A stretch of 47,785 nt of DNA, from the IMG/VR virus record IMGVR_UViG_2529292853_000006; one strand, given 5' to 3'. The DNA is from a virus (taxonomy: Duplodnaviria; Heunggongvirae; Uroviricota; Caudoviricetes). Below the pieces are notes generated by a model. That model ran no database searches. It was not told the DNA's origin and was given only the letters and a program-made list of their open reading frames with translations. The translations under genes and the position numbers were made by a program. Shown here piece by piece: positions 28,308 to 37,123 of the stretch (within the stretch, counting starts at the first letter, position 1; every line of letters begins with the position of its first letter).

Positions 28308-29585
28308 CTATGGTTTTTTATTAGAATCTTCGCCACTAAATAAATTATAATAAATTGATTTTATTAGATATCTGTCAGAATCTATATGGTCAGCACGAGT
28401 AGCATGCTCTAATGTTTCAAATGCTAGGGTTTGTGCGGCTTCAGCAAAAATTCCAGGCCAACCCTTACTCAGCATCGACAGTCCTTTAAGTACCCTTATC
28501 TGAATTTCCCTCATACTGGCACCATCGCGCGCAACAGGTGAGAAAAAGTCTTCAAGTAGATCGTTATTCTGAAGTGGTGCAACATGTACAGAAGGATATT
28601 TCACTTCTATTTCATCAGATTTATTCTGCGCGTAAGCGGAAAGTATACGTACACCTCTGCCAATGACATCAATGGCGGTTCCAGGATCGTTCACTGCGGG
28701 GGAAAGGGCTCGGCAGGCTATTTCGGCCATGACGCTAAGACAAAATCGGGGGTCCTGAGCAAATGAACGTACATCCGAGACAATAATCGTCTCAAGTAAA
28801 TCGGTGCTGATTGATGACTCCTGGCCCTGACTCAGGTACAAAACTGGCGTGGACGGATGTATGAAACTGCCCGGCTGCGCCACGAGGTATACATGACGGG
28901 GATCATTGGTCAGCAGCTTGCTGAGTTTCACCATATCAACATATTCAATATAGCCAATCTTTTTCGGATAAACTGCAACCGTTCCTTTCGGCTGTTCATT
29001 GTTCTCAAGCCATGGATATCCGCCGAGACAGGGATTTCTTGCTCTCGCAATAAATGTTTCGATGGCCGCCTGTTCTACTTTTGCCGTTGTCTCACCAACC
29101 CTCCCCAGAGAGGTCAAATGCTGTATCCAGCGAAGCAATGTGATGAGGATTAAGGCAATGACAACCAGTGTTACAATGAATAAAATGACTCTCCCCCTTT
29201 CTCCATAAGCTCCCATATTGAGGGCAATAATCCCTACCAGACTGAAGAGAAAAGAACCGATGAAGGTGGCCAGTACATTTTGTGTGGTGACGTCTTCAAC
29301 AACTAAACGAGTAGCTCTGGGAGTCACATTAGTAGTGGCTGAACCGTAGGCTGTGACCATGATGCTCAGCGAAAATGTGGTCACTGCCAGCATACTCGAT
29401 GCCAGTATGTTCAGAATGTTATCGACTGCTTCCGCACCAACCTTCACGGAAACCGACTCAGGTATCATTGATTTAAAAAGAATTGATAAAAGGGCCGTTA
29501 TTATTGCGACAATTGCGAATAACGTTGCCCTGAACCATAGTTTTTTAAATGTCTGCTTCAGCATCCATTTCCAGCGTGAAATCAT
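28308..29585 (-). CDS. DUF2254-type predicted membrane protein
   Basis: N-terminal multi-TM region plus soluble C-terminal domain; start chosen at the internal Met with GAGGGA SD (ORF track gives 29600). Confidence 0.55.
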   Translation of the reverse strand: MISRWKWMLKQTFKKLWFRATLFAIVAIITALLSILFKSMIPESVSVKVGAEAVDNILNILASSMLAVTTFSLSIMVTAYGSATTNVTPRATRLVVEDVTTQNVLATFIGSFLFSLVGIIALNMGAYGERGRVILFIVTLVVIALILITLLRWIQHLTSLGRVGETTAKVEQAAIETFIARARNPCLGGYPWLENNEQPKGTVAVYPKKIGYIEYVDMVKLSKLLTNDPRHVYLVAQPGSFIHPSTPVLYLSQGQESSISTDLLETIIVSDVRSFAQDPRFCLSVMAEIACRALSPAVNDPGTAIDVIGRGVRILSAYAQNKSDEIEVKYPSVHVAPLQNNDLLEDFFSPVARDGASMREIQIRVLKGLSMLSKGWPGIFAEAAQTLAFETLEHATRADHIDSDRYLIKSIYYNLFSGEDSNKKP

Positions 29586-29620
29586 TCTGCATTCCCTCAT
29601 ATTGCAGCCGGGATAAATAA

Positions 29621-29641
29621 ATGCCGCCTCTGTGGCGGCAT
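29621..29641 (-). terminator. intrinsic terminator after the BCCT transporter gene
   Basis: ATGCCGCC-tctgt-GGCGGCAT perfect hairpin followed by UUUAUUUAUCC on minus-strand RNA. Confidence 0.55.
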
Positions 29642-29648
29642 GTTGCTG

Positions 29649-31652
29649 TTAACGAACCAGATGCAGGAAGTGCAGGTGTTTTTCGTACTGGTCCAGTATG
29701 TCATTAATCAGCTGTTCCTGATTCCAGCCCATTACATCATAATTTTGGCCGCCCTCTTTGAGATAGACTTCAGCGCGATAATATCGATGTTGTTCACTCT
29801 GCTGCTCATCATTATCCAGCGCAGCGAGCGCGAAGGTCGGTGAGTTATACCCGCGAAGCCTCACTTCATATATATAATTCAGCTCGTTGCCCAAATCGAC
29901 TTCAAGGCGAATACGATCCTCGGCGGCGTCACTGATGTGGCTTATCGTTCCCTGCTTGTTAAGTTCCTCCTGAACCAGCGTCATGGCGGGGTGGATAATG
30001 TCGTCCATAAAACGTTTCACAAGAGAGCGCTTCGGCAAATACGCGATATTGCGTAACCTTCTCTGCCAGGGAATTGGGTTACGTGCAGCCGTAGGAGCAA
30101 TAGTCGCCATGCTAAGGCTTTCACGCTTGGTCAAATCCCGACGCAGGGCTTTTAACAGTCCGTATATGGATATTAATAAGATAACTGAGAAGGGCAATGC
30201 ACTCGCTATCGTTACGGTTTGCAACGCACTCAGCCCCCCTGCGATCAGCAGGGCAATAGCAACAACGCCCATGAGCGATGCCCAGAAAATTCGCTGCCAG
30301 ACGGGCGTGTTTGCCACCCCACCTGATGCCAGAGTATCCACAACCATTGCCCCCGAATCAGCAGACGTTACAAAGAAGACGATGACCATCGCCATTGCAA
30401 TGAATGACAGCACGGAAGAGAACGGGAAATGCTCCAGGAAATTAAACAGGGCAAGCGCAACATCCTGCTGAACGGTATTGGCGAGGTCAGTGGCGCCCTG
30501 GTTCATGATGAGATAGATGGCGCTGTTTCCAAACACCGTCATCCACATGAGCGTAAAGCCGGCGGGAACAAACAACACGCCAGTCACGAACTCACGAATT
30601 GTCCTGCCGCGGGAAACGCGTGCAATGAACATACCTACAAACGGCGACCATGAAAGCCACCATCCCCAGTATAATAATGTCCAGCCCCCCAGCCAGTTGC
30701 TCGACTTGGGTTCATACGCGTAAAGGTTGAACGTTTTACTCACCAGTTCCGACAGATAACCACCCGTATTTTCCACAAATGACTTCAGCAGAAGCACAGT
30801 GGGACCCAGGCACAAGACCAGCGCCAGGAGCAACACCGCCAGGCCCAGATTAAGCTCAGACAGGATGCGTATTCCCTTGTCCAGGCCGGACACCACCGAA
30901 ATCGTCGCTAACCCCGTGATGACCACGATCAAAATGACCTGTACCGTTTCATTGATGGGCACGCCGAAAAGATGGTTCAAACCGGCATTCACCTGCAATA
31001 CACCGTAACCCAGCGATGTTGCAACGCCAAAGACAGTGCCTATCACGGCGAAGATATCAACCGCGTGGCCTATAGGCCCGTAAATGCGATCGCCGATAAT
31101 GGGATAGAGCGCAGAACGCAGCGTTAAAGGCAGACCGTGACGGTAACTGAAAAAGGCCAGAATCAGCGCCACGATGGCATAAATTGCCCATGCGTGCAGA
31201 CCCCAGTGGAAGAACGTCAGGCGCATGGCTTCCTTCGCTGCCGCAACGGTCTCTGGAGTGCCGACAGGTGGCGAAAGATAATGCATCACAGGTTCGGCAA
31301 CGCCAAAGAACATCAGGCCGATCCCCATCCCTGCCGAAAAAAGCATCGCGAACCAGGAGTGGTAGCTGAAATCAGGCTGCGCATGGTCTGGGCCCAGCTT
31401 TATATCACCGTAACGTGAGAGTCCAAGGAACGTGACGCTCAGTAAAATCAGGGCCACAGCAAGTATGTAGAACCAGCTGGCATTCGTGAAGATTTGTTGC
31501 TGAAGTAGTTTAAAATTTTTGTCGGCGACATCCGGGAATACGGCGGCAAAGGCGACAAGAAGGAAAATTAGCAAAGCAGATGTAAAGAATACCGCTTTGT
31601 TAATCTGGCTTGTAGACTTCTTTGGGGTTGTATCATTTTCACTCATAATCAT
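29649..31652 (-). CDS. BCCT-family transporter (BetT-like)
   Basis: 667 aa; strong similarity along the length to E. coli BetT as recalled, including the C-terminal ILDQYEKHL.F.HL motif; no betABI nearby. Confidence 0.85.
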   Translation of the reverse strand: MIMSENDTTPKKSTSQINKAVFFTSALLIFLLVAFAAVFPDVADKNFKLLQQQIFTNASWFYILAVALILLSVTFLGLSRYGDIKLGPDHAQPDFSYHSWFAMLFSAGMGIGLMFFGVAEPVMHYLSPPVGTPETVAAAKEAMRLTFFHWGLHAWAIYAIVALILAFFSYRHGLPLTLRSALYPIIGDRIYGPIGHAVDIFAVIGTVFGVATSLGYGVLQVNAGLNHLFGVPINETVQVILIVVITGLATISVVSGLDKGIRILSELNLGLAVLLLALVLCLGPTVLLLKSFVENTGGYLSELVSKTFNLYAYEPKSSNWLGGWTLLYWGWWLSWSPFVGMFIARVSRGRTIREFVTGVLFVPAGFTLMWMTVFGNSAIYLIMNQGATDLANTVQQDVALALFNFLEHFPFSSVLSFIAMAMVIVFFVTSADSGAMVVDTLASGGVANTPVWQRIFWASLMGVVAIALLIAGGLSALQTVTIASALPFSVILLISIYGLLKALRRDLTKRESLSMATIAPTAARNPIPWQRRLRNIAYLPKRSLVKRFMDDIIHPAMTLVQEELNKQGTISHISDAAEDRIRLEVDLGNELNYIYEVRLRGYNSPTFALAALDNDEQQSEQHRYYRAEVYLKEGGQNYDVMGWNQEQLINDILDQYEKHLHFLHLVR

Positions 31653-31894
31653 TTATTCCATTAATTAAATCCGCACTGGATAGAAGGTACTACCTCTCAC
31701 AGAGTAGCAAAGTTCAACTGGCTATGCGGGGTTAATCGGAATGCATGGTGGAATGAGTGCCGATACAAATCATCCTATATTCTAAGGAGTTTTAAGTTAC
31801 TCAGCCTGCCAATTACTGGGGCATTTAATTTGTATGATCTGTATCAAAGCTGGGATATAAGTTAAGTGAAGTATATTAGGCACGAATTACCAGC

Positions 31895-31918
31895 GTCTGC
31901 TCTTGGCACAAAGCGGAC
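31895..31918. repeat. palindromic GTCTGCT-cttggcaca-AGCGGAC motif, copy 3 of 3
   Basis: Same arms as the other two copies with the arms exchanged; intergenic. Confidence 0.5.
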
Positions 31919-31986
31919 AACCACGCTAGCTCTACCCTGTGCCACAAAATGTCAATTTGCATCTGAACTAATGCACTTTAATCTCG

Positions 31987-32409
31987 TCACTTCAATAAAT
32001 ACCGAACATCCCCCTGATAAAACGACAATATGCGCTGCATAACTTCGCTCTTCCGGCACTCGCGACAGATTATGTTTAGGCGACTGTCGTAGCGACGTAT
32101 TTCTCCGTCAGGTAATGACCAGATAAGGTCCGGATCAACCACAACCGGTTTCTTCAGCTTTGCCCTCGATAATTTTTTGCGGGCATTTTGCCAGTCTTTA
32201 CGAGCCTGTTCAGACGGGAATAACCCGTAGCCAGAATTGTATACATCGCCACTGGCAACCAGCTCTCTGGCCAGAACGCTCATCAGATATCTTGTTGCCC
32301 CAGTTTTAGCTTCCAGTTGTCGTAACGTCTCGCGCCCACTCTGGCGTACGAGTTCAAGAACCTGCCCTTTAATTTTTTCCCGCTCTTCTTGTGTAAAAAC
32401 TTTTGCCAC
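31987..32409 (-). CDS. hypothetical phage early protein (possible winged-helix; possibly a truncated replication accessory gene)
   Basis: 140-aa ORF downstream of the O-like gene, ending where the cargo block begins. Confidence 0.35.
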   Translation of the reverse strand: MAKVFTQEEREKIKGQVLELVRQSGRETLRQLEAKTGATRYLMSVLARELVASGDVYNSGYGLFPSEQARKDWQNARKKLSRAKLKKPVVVDPDLIWSLPDGEIRRYDSRLNIICRECRKSEVMQRILSFYQGDVRYLLK

Positions 32410-32449
32410 AAGCCCTCCTGAAAATTACCTCATGACCAGAAATTAACAC

Positions 32450-33526
32450 TTACCCCCTGAAGCCCGGCGGAATTTCGTTATCCGGTTCAGAAATATGATT
32501 CACACAACGCTGGTTGTTCGTGCCGCTTACCGGGAGCAACCAGGGGTTCTCAAAATTCCGGTCCGGTCCAAAAAACGTCGTCGCTCGCTGAACAAATTCC
32601 GTTCCCGTTTTCCCGGTAGCCGCCAAGTATCTTGCGTAACGCCTCACGCCATCCAGCATGGCCTCTGGTGGCACCCCCTCGCGTAATCTGGCCTTCCAGG
32701 CACTGAAAGCGGATTTCTTCGGGTTTGCCCCAGCACGCAACGGGTACTCCCGCCAGACCTGTTCGAACACATCCGGATAATCCACTCGTCCCACAGACTG
32801 CCCGGTGTTTTCCGGGACTACCCGATCGGCTTCCCGCTGAATGGCGGAATCGGCTTCGGGCTGCTGCAGTTGGTGTGATTGCTCCGGCCTTGCGGTCATC
32901 ACCTGCTGCACAGCGCCCGAATCGGCTTTCAGCGCATACGCTGAATCGGCTTCCGGTGTCGTGCCTGCTGGCTGACCAAGATTGACGGTCTGAACATCCC
33001 CTGCCTGGTTCGTGGCGTTTTTTACGCCATGGACCATAGTGTTTTGATCTTCTTGATCTGTATCTTTATCTGTATCTTTATCTGTCGTGACTCGTCGTGA
33101 CATATGCGTGACATTTCGTGACGCGCCGTGACAATCGCCATTTTGTTCCCGCTTTCTTTCCCTCTCTCGCTGCGCCCTCTTGCGCTCTGCAGGAGATTTT
33201 GCGGTTTGCGAAATATTGCCGTTGTCCTCTTTAAGCACCTGGCGTTTTTCCCATCCAGTGATTAAATCACCATCAAGTACCCGCCCCTGCATCGTCTGCA
33301 AAATTGAATCAATTACCTCTTCTGTCACGTCGAGCGCACTTGCCAAATCTTCTGTCGTGACCTCAATGTGACCTCGCGTGACATTTCGTGACGCGCTCAC
33401 CAGGAGGTGGATATACACTGCCATCACTGTTGCAATTGGCTGCCCTGACACCCTGGCAATTGTTCGCCACTTAGGGTCATTTGGCATGTCATGCCATAAT
33501 CTGAGCCAGGCGTTAGCCATACTCAC
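32450..33526 (-). CDS. replication initiation protein (lambda O-like organisation; YdaU-like C-terminal region)
   Basis: 358-aa ORF containing two iteron arrays; low-complexity DKDTDKDTD linker encoded by the repeats; position after ydaT. Confidence 0.55.
   Translation of the reverse strand: MSMANAWLRLWHDMPNDPKWRTIARVSGQPIATVMAVYIHLLVSASRNVTRGHIEVTTEDLASALDVTEEVIDSILQTMQGRVLDGDLITGWEKRQVLKEDNGNISQTAKSPAERKRAQRERERKREQNGDCHGASRNVTHMSRRVTTDKDTDKDTDQEDQNTMVHGVKNATNQAGDVQTVNLGQPAGTTPEADSAYALKADSGAVQQVMTARPEQSHQLQQPEADSAIQREADRVVPENTGQSVGRVDYPDVFEQVWREYPLRAGANPKKSAFSAWKARLREGVPPEAMLDGVRRYARYLAATGKTGTEFVQRATTFFGPDRNFENPWLLPVSGTNNQRCVNHISEPDNEIPPGFRG
33055..33133. repeat. iteron array 1 (putative replication origin) inside the O-like gene
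   Basis: Two tandem TGTATCTTTATC units, then five CGTGAC copies at 10-11 bp spacing (33086, 33096, 33107, 33117, 33127). Confidence 0.6.
33324..33392. repeat. iteron array 2 inside the O-like gene
   Basis: Four CGTGAC/TGTGAC copies at 10-11 bp spacing plus one inverted GTCACG; shares the 21-bp string GCGTGACATTTCGTGACGCGC with array 1. Confidence 0.55.
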
Positions 33527-33591
33527 CTCTTTTGATACCGAATCTTTTTACTCACAAATTGCCGGAAGCGATCCGGTATGAATATTGCGAG

Positions 33592-34017
33592 TCAATGCAC
33601 AGCCACAATATTTCCTGCAGGGCCACCACGATTCATCTGGTTGAAACCAGCGATCGCCACTGCGACAAAATCATCAGCGTCTCTCACCAGTCGTTCCCGC
33701 GTCTCCACTAGTTCCCGAAAATAGGCTGAGCTATGACTGCGCATTCGGGCCACCAGCAGAGGTGGCATTGCTTTTTCGATAGCTGGTAACAACGCCTGAA
33801 TTTTTTTAACCGCATCAGGGGTGTCTTTCTCCACCCAGCGGAAAATTTTCTGAGTATTGCGAGCCAGGGCTTCCGGATGGCTGTCGTCATACAGTTCCGG
33901 GAACGTCATTCCCAGCTCGAAATACGCTTTGGTAATTTTCGCAGCCGGTACTTTTTCGCCGTCCGGATGCGCCCAGGCATTCATCGCCATGCGGATGTGT
34001 TCATGCTTGATTTTCAT
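33592..34017 (-). CDS. ydaT: Rac-type YdaT protein
   Basis: 141-aa ORF MKIKHEHIRMAMNAW...; matches K-12 Rac YdaT as recalled; 4-nt overlap with ydaS. Confidence 0.75.
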   Translation of the reverse strand: MKIKHEHIRMAMNAWAHPDGEKVPAAKITKAYFELGMTFPELYDDSHPEALARNTQKIFRWVEKDTPDAVKKIQALLPAIEKAMPPLLVARMRSHSSAYFRELVETRERLVRDADDFVAVAIAGFNQMNRGGPAGNIVAVH

Positions 34018-34268
34018 GAATCAACTCCCATCAGCTTTTTCGTAGTAGTTTTATTCCTGCCAATAGTTAAAATTGCATCGGCAGAAAATAATCCGTTTGA
34101 TGCAAGAGCGATTTTTTCAGCGTAATTTGTTTCGCCGGTATATTCTGTGCGAGGCAATTTTCCGTTATCCATCCATTTATAGATTGCTCTTTGGCTGACA
34201 CCACAAACGTCGGCCACAACAGCAACGCGAACAGTTTTGATTACATCTTCAAGTGTTTTCTGGTTCAT
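34014..34268 (-). CDS. ydaS: Cro-like HTH regulator YdaS
   Basis: Start at the internal ATG with GAGGGTGAT SD; HTH (VADVCGVSQRAIYKW); divergent from racR. Confidence 0.7.
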   Translation of the reverse strand: MNQKTLEDVIKTVRVAVVADVCGVSQRAIYKWMDNGKLPRTEYTGETNYAEKIALASNGLFSADAILTIGRNKTTTKKLMGVDS

Positions 34269-34347
34269 ATCACCCTCACAATGTGAACTTTGAGTACATG
34301 CTATAACAGAACTGACAGTACATTCAAGAGCGAATATCATTGAACTT
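34269..34347. promoter_or_regulatory. OR-like operator/promoter region between ydaS and racR
   Basis: Two AGTACAT sites 24 bp apart (34293, 34317) and palindrome TCACAaTGTGA (34276-34286); racR ATG has no SD. Confidence 0.45.
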
Positions 34348-34767
34348 ATGGTTCATGAAGATAAAGCGCGTAAAGAGTTCGCCAGTAGGCTTGCGCTAGC
34401 CTGTGAAAACGCTGGTTATGAACAACATGGAAGGCAGGCAGAAATTGCCCGTCGAATGAAATTAACACCAAAAGCGGTTAGCAAATGGTTTAATGGCGAA
34501 ACAATTCCTCGCCGGGAGAAATTAAGGGAATTAGCAACACTAATAGGAACAACACCAACCTATCTTTTGGGAGAGGATACAGAAGAAAGTGGACAGGTAC
34601 GTTTCTATCAGGAGTTAAATCCAAGACAAAAAATCATCATTGACCTTCTGGACGAGCTCCCTGACAGTGAGACAGATGAACTTTTAAAAACTCTTGAAGA
34701 GAAAAAACAGAAGTACAATGCAATTTACGAAGAGTTAGCACGAAAGAAAAAACAAAAAGCCTCTTAA
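34348..34767 (+). CDS. racR: prophage repressor RacR (cI-like)
   Basis: 139-aa HTH protein (RQAEIARRMKLTPKAVSKWFNGE) divergent from the Cro-like gene. Confidence 0.75.
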   Translation: MVHEDKARKEFASRLALACENAGYEQHGRQAEIARRMKLTPKAVSKWFNGETIPRREKLRELATLIGTTPTYLLGEDTEESGQVRFYQELNPRQKIIIDLLDELPDSETDELLKTLEEKKQKYNAIYEELARKKKQKAS

Positions 34768-34841
34768 ACCAGCATAAATCCGGTAGCGCCTTCCTCCGGG
34801 TTTGTGCTTCACTTTATCCCATCTCATTTTTTTACACATAA

Positions 34842-34886
34842 AATGTACTAAATGTACTTTACAACAATGAACACAAAGTACATTAT
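34842..34886 (+). promoter_or_regulatory. OL/pL-like operator-promoter downstream of racR
   Basis: Three ATGTACT-containing sites (two direct, one inverted) overlapping a candidate TTTACA-17-CATTAT promoter. Confidence 0.4.
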
Positions 34887-35053
34887 ATGCCTGCCACCCA
34901 CCCCGCCCCACAGAATGCAGGGCAATACTTCGAGTTACCAGGCAGTGGTCAGGGGTTAAGTAGCCAGCCCGAGGCGTAAGAACATGACGGCGGGATTCAA
35001 ATTTTGCAGTGCAGCAGTTAGTTCCGCCACCCGGCGTTAAGGGGAGAGATAAG

Positions 35054-35188
35054 ATGGTGCATTACGAAGTAGTTCAGTATTTGATGGATTGTTGCGGTAT
35101 CACTTACAACCAGGCTGTGCAGGCTTTACGCAGCAACGACTGGGATCTCTGGCAGGCAGAAGTCGCTATACGTAGCAACAAGATGTGA
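35054..35188 (+). CDS. ydaG: Rac small protein YdaG (44 aa)
   Basis: My own translation MVHYEVVQYLMDCCGITYNQAVQALRSNDWDLWQAEVAIRSNKM; GGGGAGAG SD; below the ORF-track size cut-off. Confidence 0.65.
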   Translation: MVHYEVVQYLMDCCGITYNQAVQALRSNDWDLWQAEVAIRSNKM

Positions 35189-35198
35189 GATTCGCAAA

Positions 35199-35354
35199 AT
35201 GCAAAAAATCGACCTCGGCAACAACGAATCCCTGGTGTGCGGCGTGTTCCCCAACCAGGATGGAACGTTCACTGCCATGACGTATACCAAAAGCAAAACA
35301 TTTAAAACCGAAACTGGTGCGCGCCGATGGTTGGAGAAGCACACAGTAAGCTAA
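35199..35354 (+). CDS. ydaF: Rac small protein YdaF (51 aa)
   Basis: My own translation MQKIDLGNNESLVCGVFPNQDGTFTAMTYTKSKTFKTETGARRWLEKHTVS; the 72-aa minus-strand ORF 35126..35344 is antisense to it. Confidence 0.65.
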   Translation: MQKIDLGNNESLVCGVFPNQDGTFTAMTYTKSKTFKTETGARRWLEKHTVS

Positions 35355-35839
35355 CGATTAAAACGTCTACTCCTGCTGTTCCAGAATAACTTCATAAAAT
35401 GGGAGTATTTTTCGGTGACGAGATAATAAGAACAGTTTGCGCTATCACTCTGATGTTGAATGATGCCCTTCCGTTCTAATTTTTTCATAACCGGGTTACG
35501 GCAAGGAGAAGTGATAATAAGATTTCCTGTTTTAAGGAAATCTTTAAATACAGCGATTTCTTTCTCAGATAAACGAAGCAATACTCGTTGCTCTGGTAGT
35601 AATGAATAATGCTTTTGAATATGTGCTCGCAATCTTGAGAAGGAAATGGCGACCACGAAAGAAAAGGCAAAAACGATAATCTGAAAGAGCCAAGGTATTT
35701 CAGTATAAGCATTGAATGCGACAGTAAACTCTTTCGGTATCAGCCAGAGAGTGAGACCAAAAATGATAATCGTATACATAAGTCTTTCGAGTGGCTCGTT
35801 AGCAAAAAGTTTCAACAATGGAGTAAATACATCCAACAT
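35351..35839 (-). CDS. sieB: superinfection exclusion protein SieB
   Basis: 162 aa from the internal Met (MLDVFTPLLKLF...); TM segments; matches Rac SieB as recalled. Confidence 0.8.
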   Translation of the reverse strand: MLDVFTPLLKLFANEPLERLMYTIIIFGLTLWLIPKEFTVAFNAYTEIPWLFQIIVFAFSFVVAISFSRLRAHIQKHYSLLPEQRVLLRLSEKEIAVFKDFLKTGNLIITSPCRNPVMKKLERKGIIQHQSDSANCSYYLVTEKYSHFMKLFWNSRSRRFNR

Positions 35840-36057
35840 ATCAATAACTCTCAACTGTAAGGGTATTGAAATGTTAACACAAGCTCTCGCTGTAGGGGTA
35901 TAGCCGAGACCACCGAAGCCCGGAGGTGGTGAAATAAAACCGGGCACAACACGAAGGCGCATTTCCGATATCCATAAAGAGTCGGTCTTGTCTGTTAAAT
36001 TTAAATGGAGGGAGTGCGCCTCCGGTTGTAAATAACGACATTGCTGTGTGTAGTCCT

Positions 36058-36105
36058 GGCGGCATCAGTTTTTTTCTTGAAGTTCGGCTGATGTCCGCCC
36101 TTTTT
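36058..36105 (+). terminator. terminator-like long-loop hairpin between sieB and kilR
   Basis: GGCGGCATCAG / CTGATGTCCGCC stem with one bulge, 19-nt loop, followed by CTTTTTAAAG. Confidence 0.3.
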
Positions 36106-36280
36106 AAAGTGAATTTTGTGATGCGGTGAATGCGGCTAAGCGCACGTGGCACAGTTAAAAGTCATGTTAGTCCTTATTGGTTTGGGTGGGAAAGCCGACT
36201 GTAATTGTTAACTGGTTGCAGTCACCTGGAGGCACCAGACACCGCATCAACAAAGTTCATTTGTAAAAATGGAGATAATT

Positions 36281-36502
36281 ATGATTGCACATCACTTCGG
36301 AACTGATGAAATACCACGTCAGTGTGTGACTCCTGGCGATTATGTTCTTCATGAAGGCCGGACATATATTGCCTCGGCAAACAATATTAAAAAGCGAAAA
36401 CTATATATTCGTAACCTGACCACAAAAACATTCATTACTGACCGCATGATTAAAGTCTTCCTCGGTCGTGATGGTTTACCTGTAAAGGCGGAGTCATGGT
36501 GA
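36281..36502 (+). CDS. kilR: KilR, FtsZ-inhibiting killing protein
   Basis: 73 aa from [14 protein letters not shown] with GGAG SD; matches K-12 KilR as recalled. Confidence 0.85.
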
Positions 36503-36672
36503 TGACTAAGAAAATAAAATGTGCTTACCACCTTTGCAAAAAAGACGTTGAAGAAAGCAAAGCTATTGAAAGAATGCTTCACTTCATGCACGGGATTTTA
36601 TCAAAAGACGAACCGAGAAAATATTGCAGTGAAGCTTGTGCCGAAAAAGACCAGATGGCACATGAACTTTAA
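36502..36672 (+). CDS. ydaE: YdaE small Cys-rich protein (56 aa)
   Basis: My own translation [56 protein letters not shown]; start overlaps the kilR stop. Confidence 0.7.
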   Translation: MTKKIKCAYHLCKKDVEESKAIERMLHFMHGILSKDEPRKYCSEACAEKDQMAHEL

Positions 36673-36746
36673 TTAATTGACTATTCGAAACTGAATTTAT
36701 GCCAGAAATGGCAGGTATTCGCTCAACCTTAATTAAGGAGAAAAAC

Positions 36747-37022
36747 ATGATTACCAATTATGAAGCCACTGTTGTAACTACCGATGACATTGTTCACGAG
36801 GTGAATCTGGAAGGAAAGCGCATTGGCTACGTAATTAAAACAGAAAATAAAGAAACCCCATTCACTGTGGTTGATATCGATGGTCCATCAGGCAACGTAA
36901 AAACACTTGATGAAGGTGTCAAAAAAATGTGCCTGGTGCATATCGGAAAGAATCTGCCCGCAGAAAAAAAAGCCGAATTTCTGGCAACTCTAATTGCAAT
37001 GAAATTAAAAGGTGAAATCTGA
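36747..37022 (+). CDS. racC: RacC
   Basis: 91 aa from MITNYEATVVTTDD with AAGGAG SD. Confidence 0.8.
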   Translation: MITNYEATVVTTDDIVHEVNLEGKRIGYVIKTENKETPFTVVDIDGPSGNVKTLDEGVKKMCLVHIGKNLPAEKKAEFLATLIAMKLKGEI

Positions 37023-37123
37023 AAGAAATAGCCTGCGTATGGCGCAGGCTATGAACAGTGTGTATCCGGCAAGATCATTCACTGAACAAAACGAATTTTA
37101 ATCTGAGTTGAGGTTAAAAAACA

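Noticed and set aside
33055-33392. Possibility that the short regularly spaced repeats are a CRISPR array
   Set aside because: Units are 6-12 bp at 10-11 bp spacing with no spacers of 28-40 bp and no cas genes; they lie inside a replication gene and fit iterons.
35126-35344. 72-aa minus-strand ORF
   Set aside because: Antisense to the small plus-strand ydaG and ydaF genes, which have proper SDs and match known Rac small proteins as recalled.
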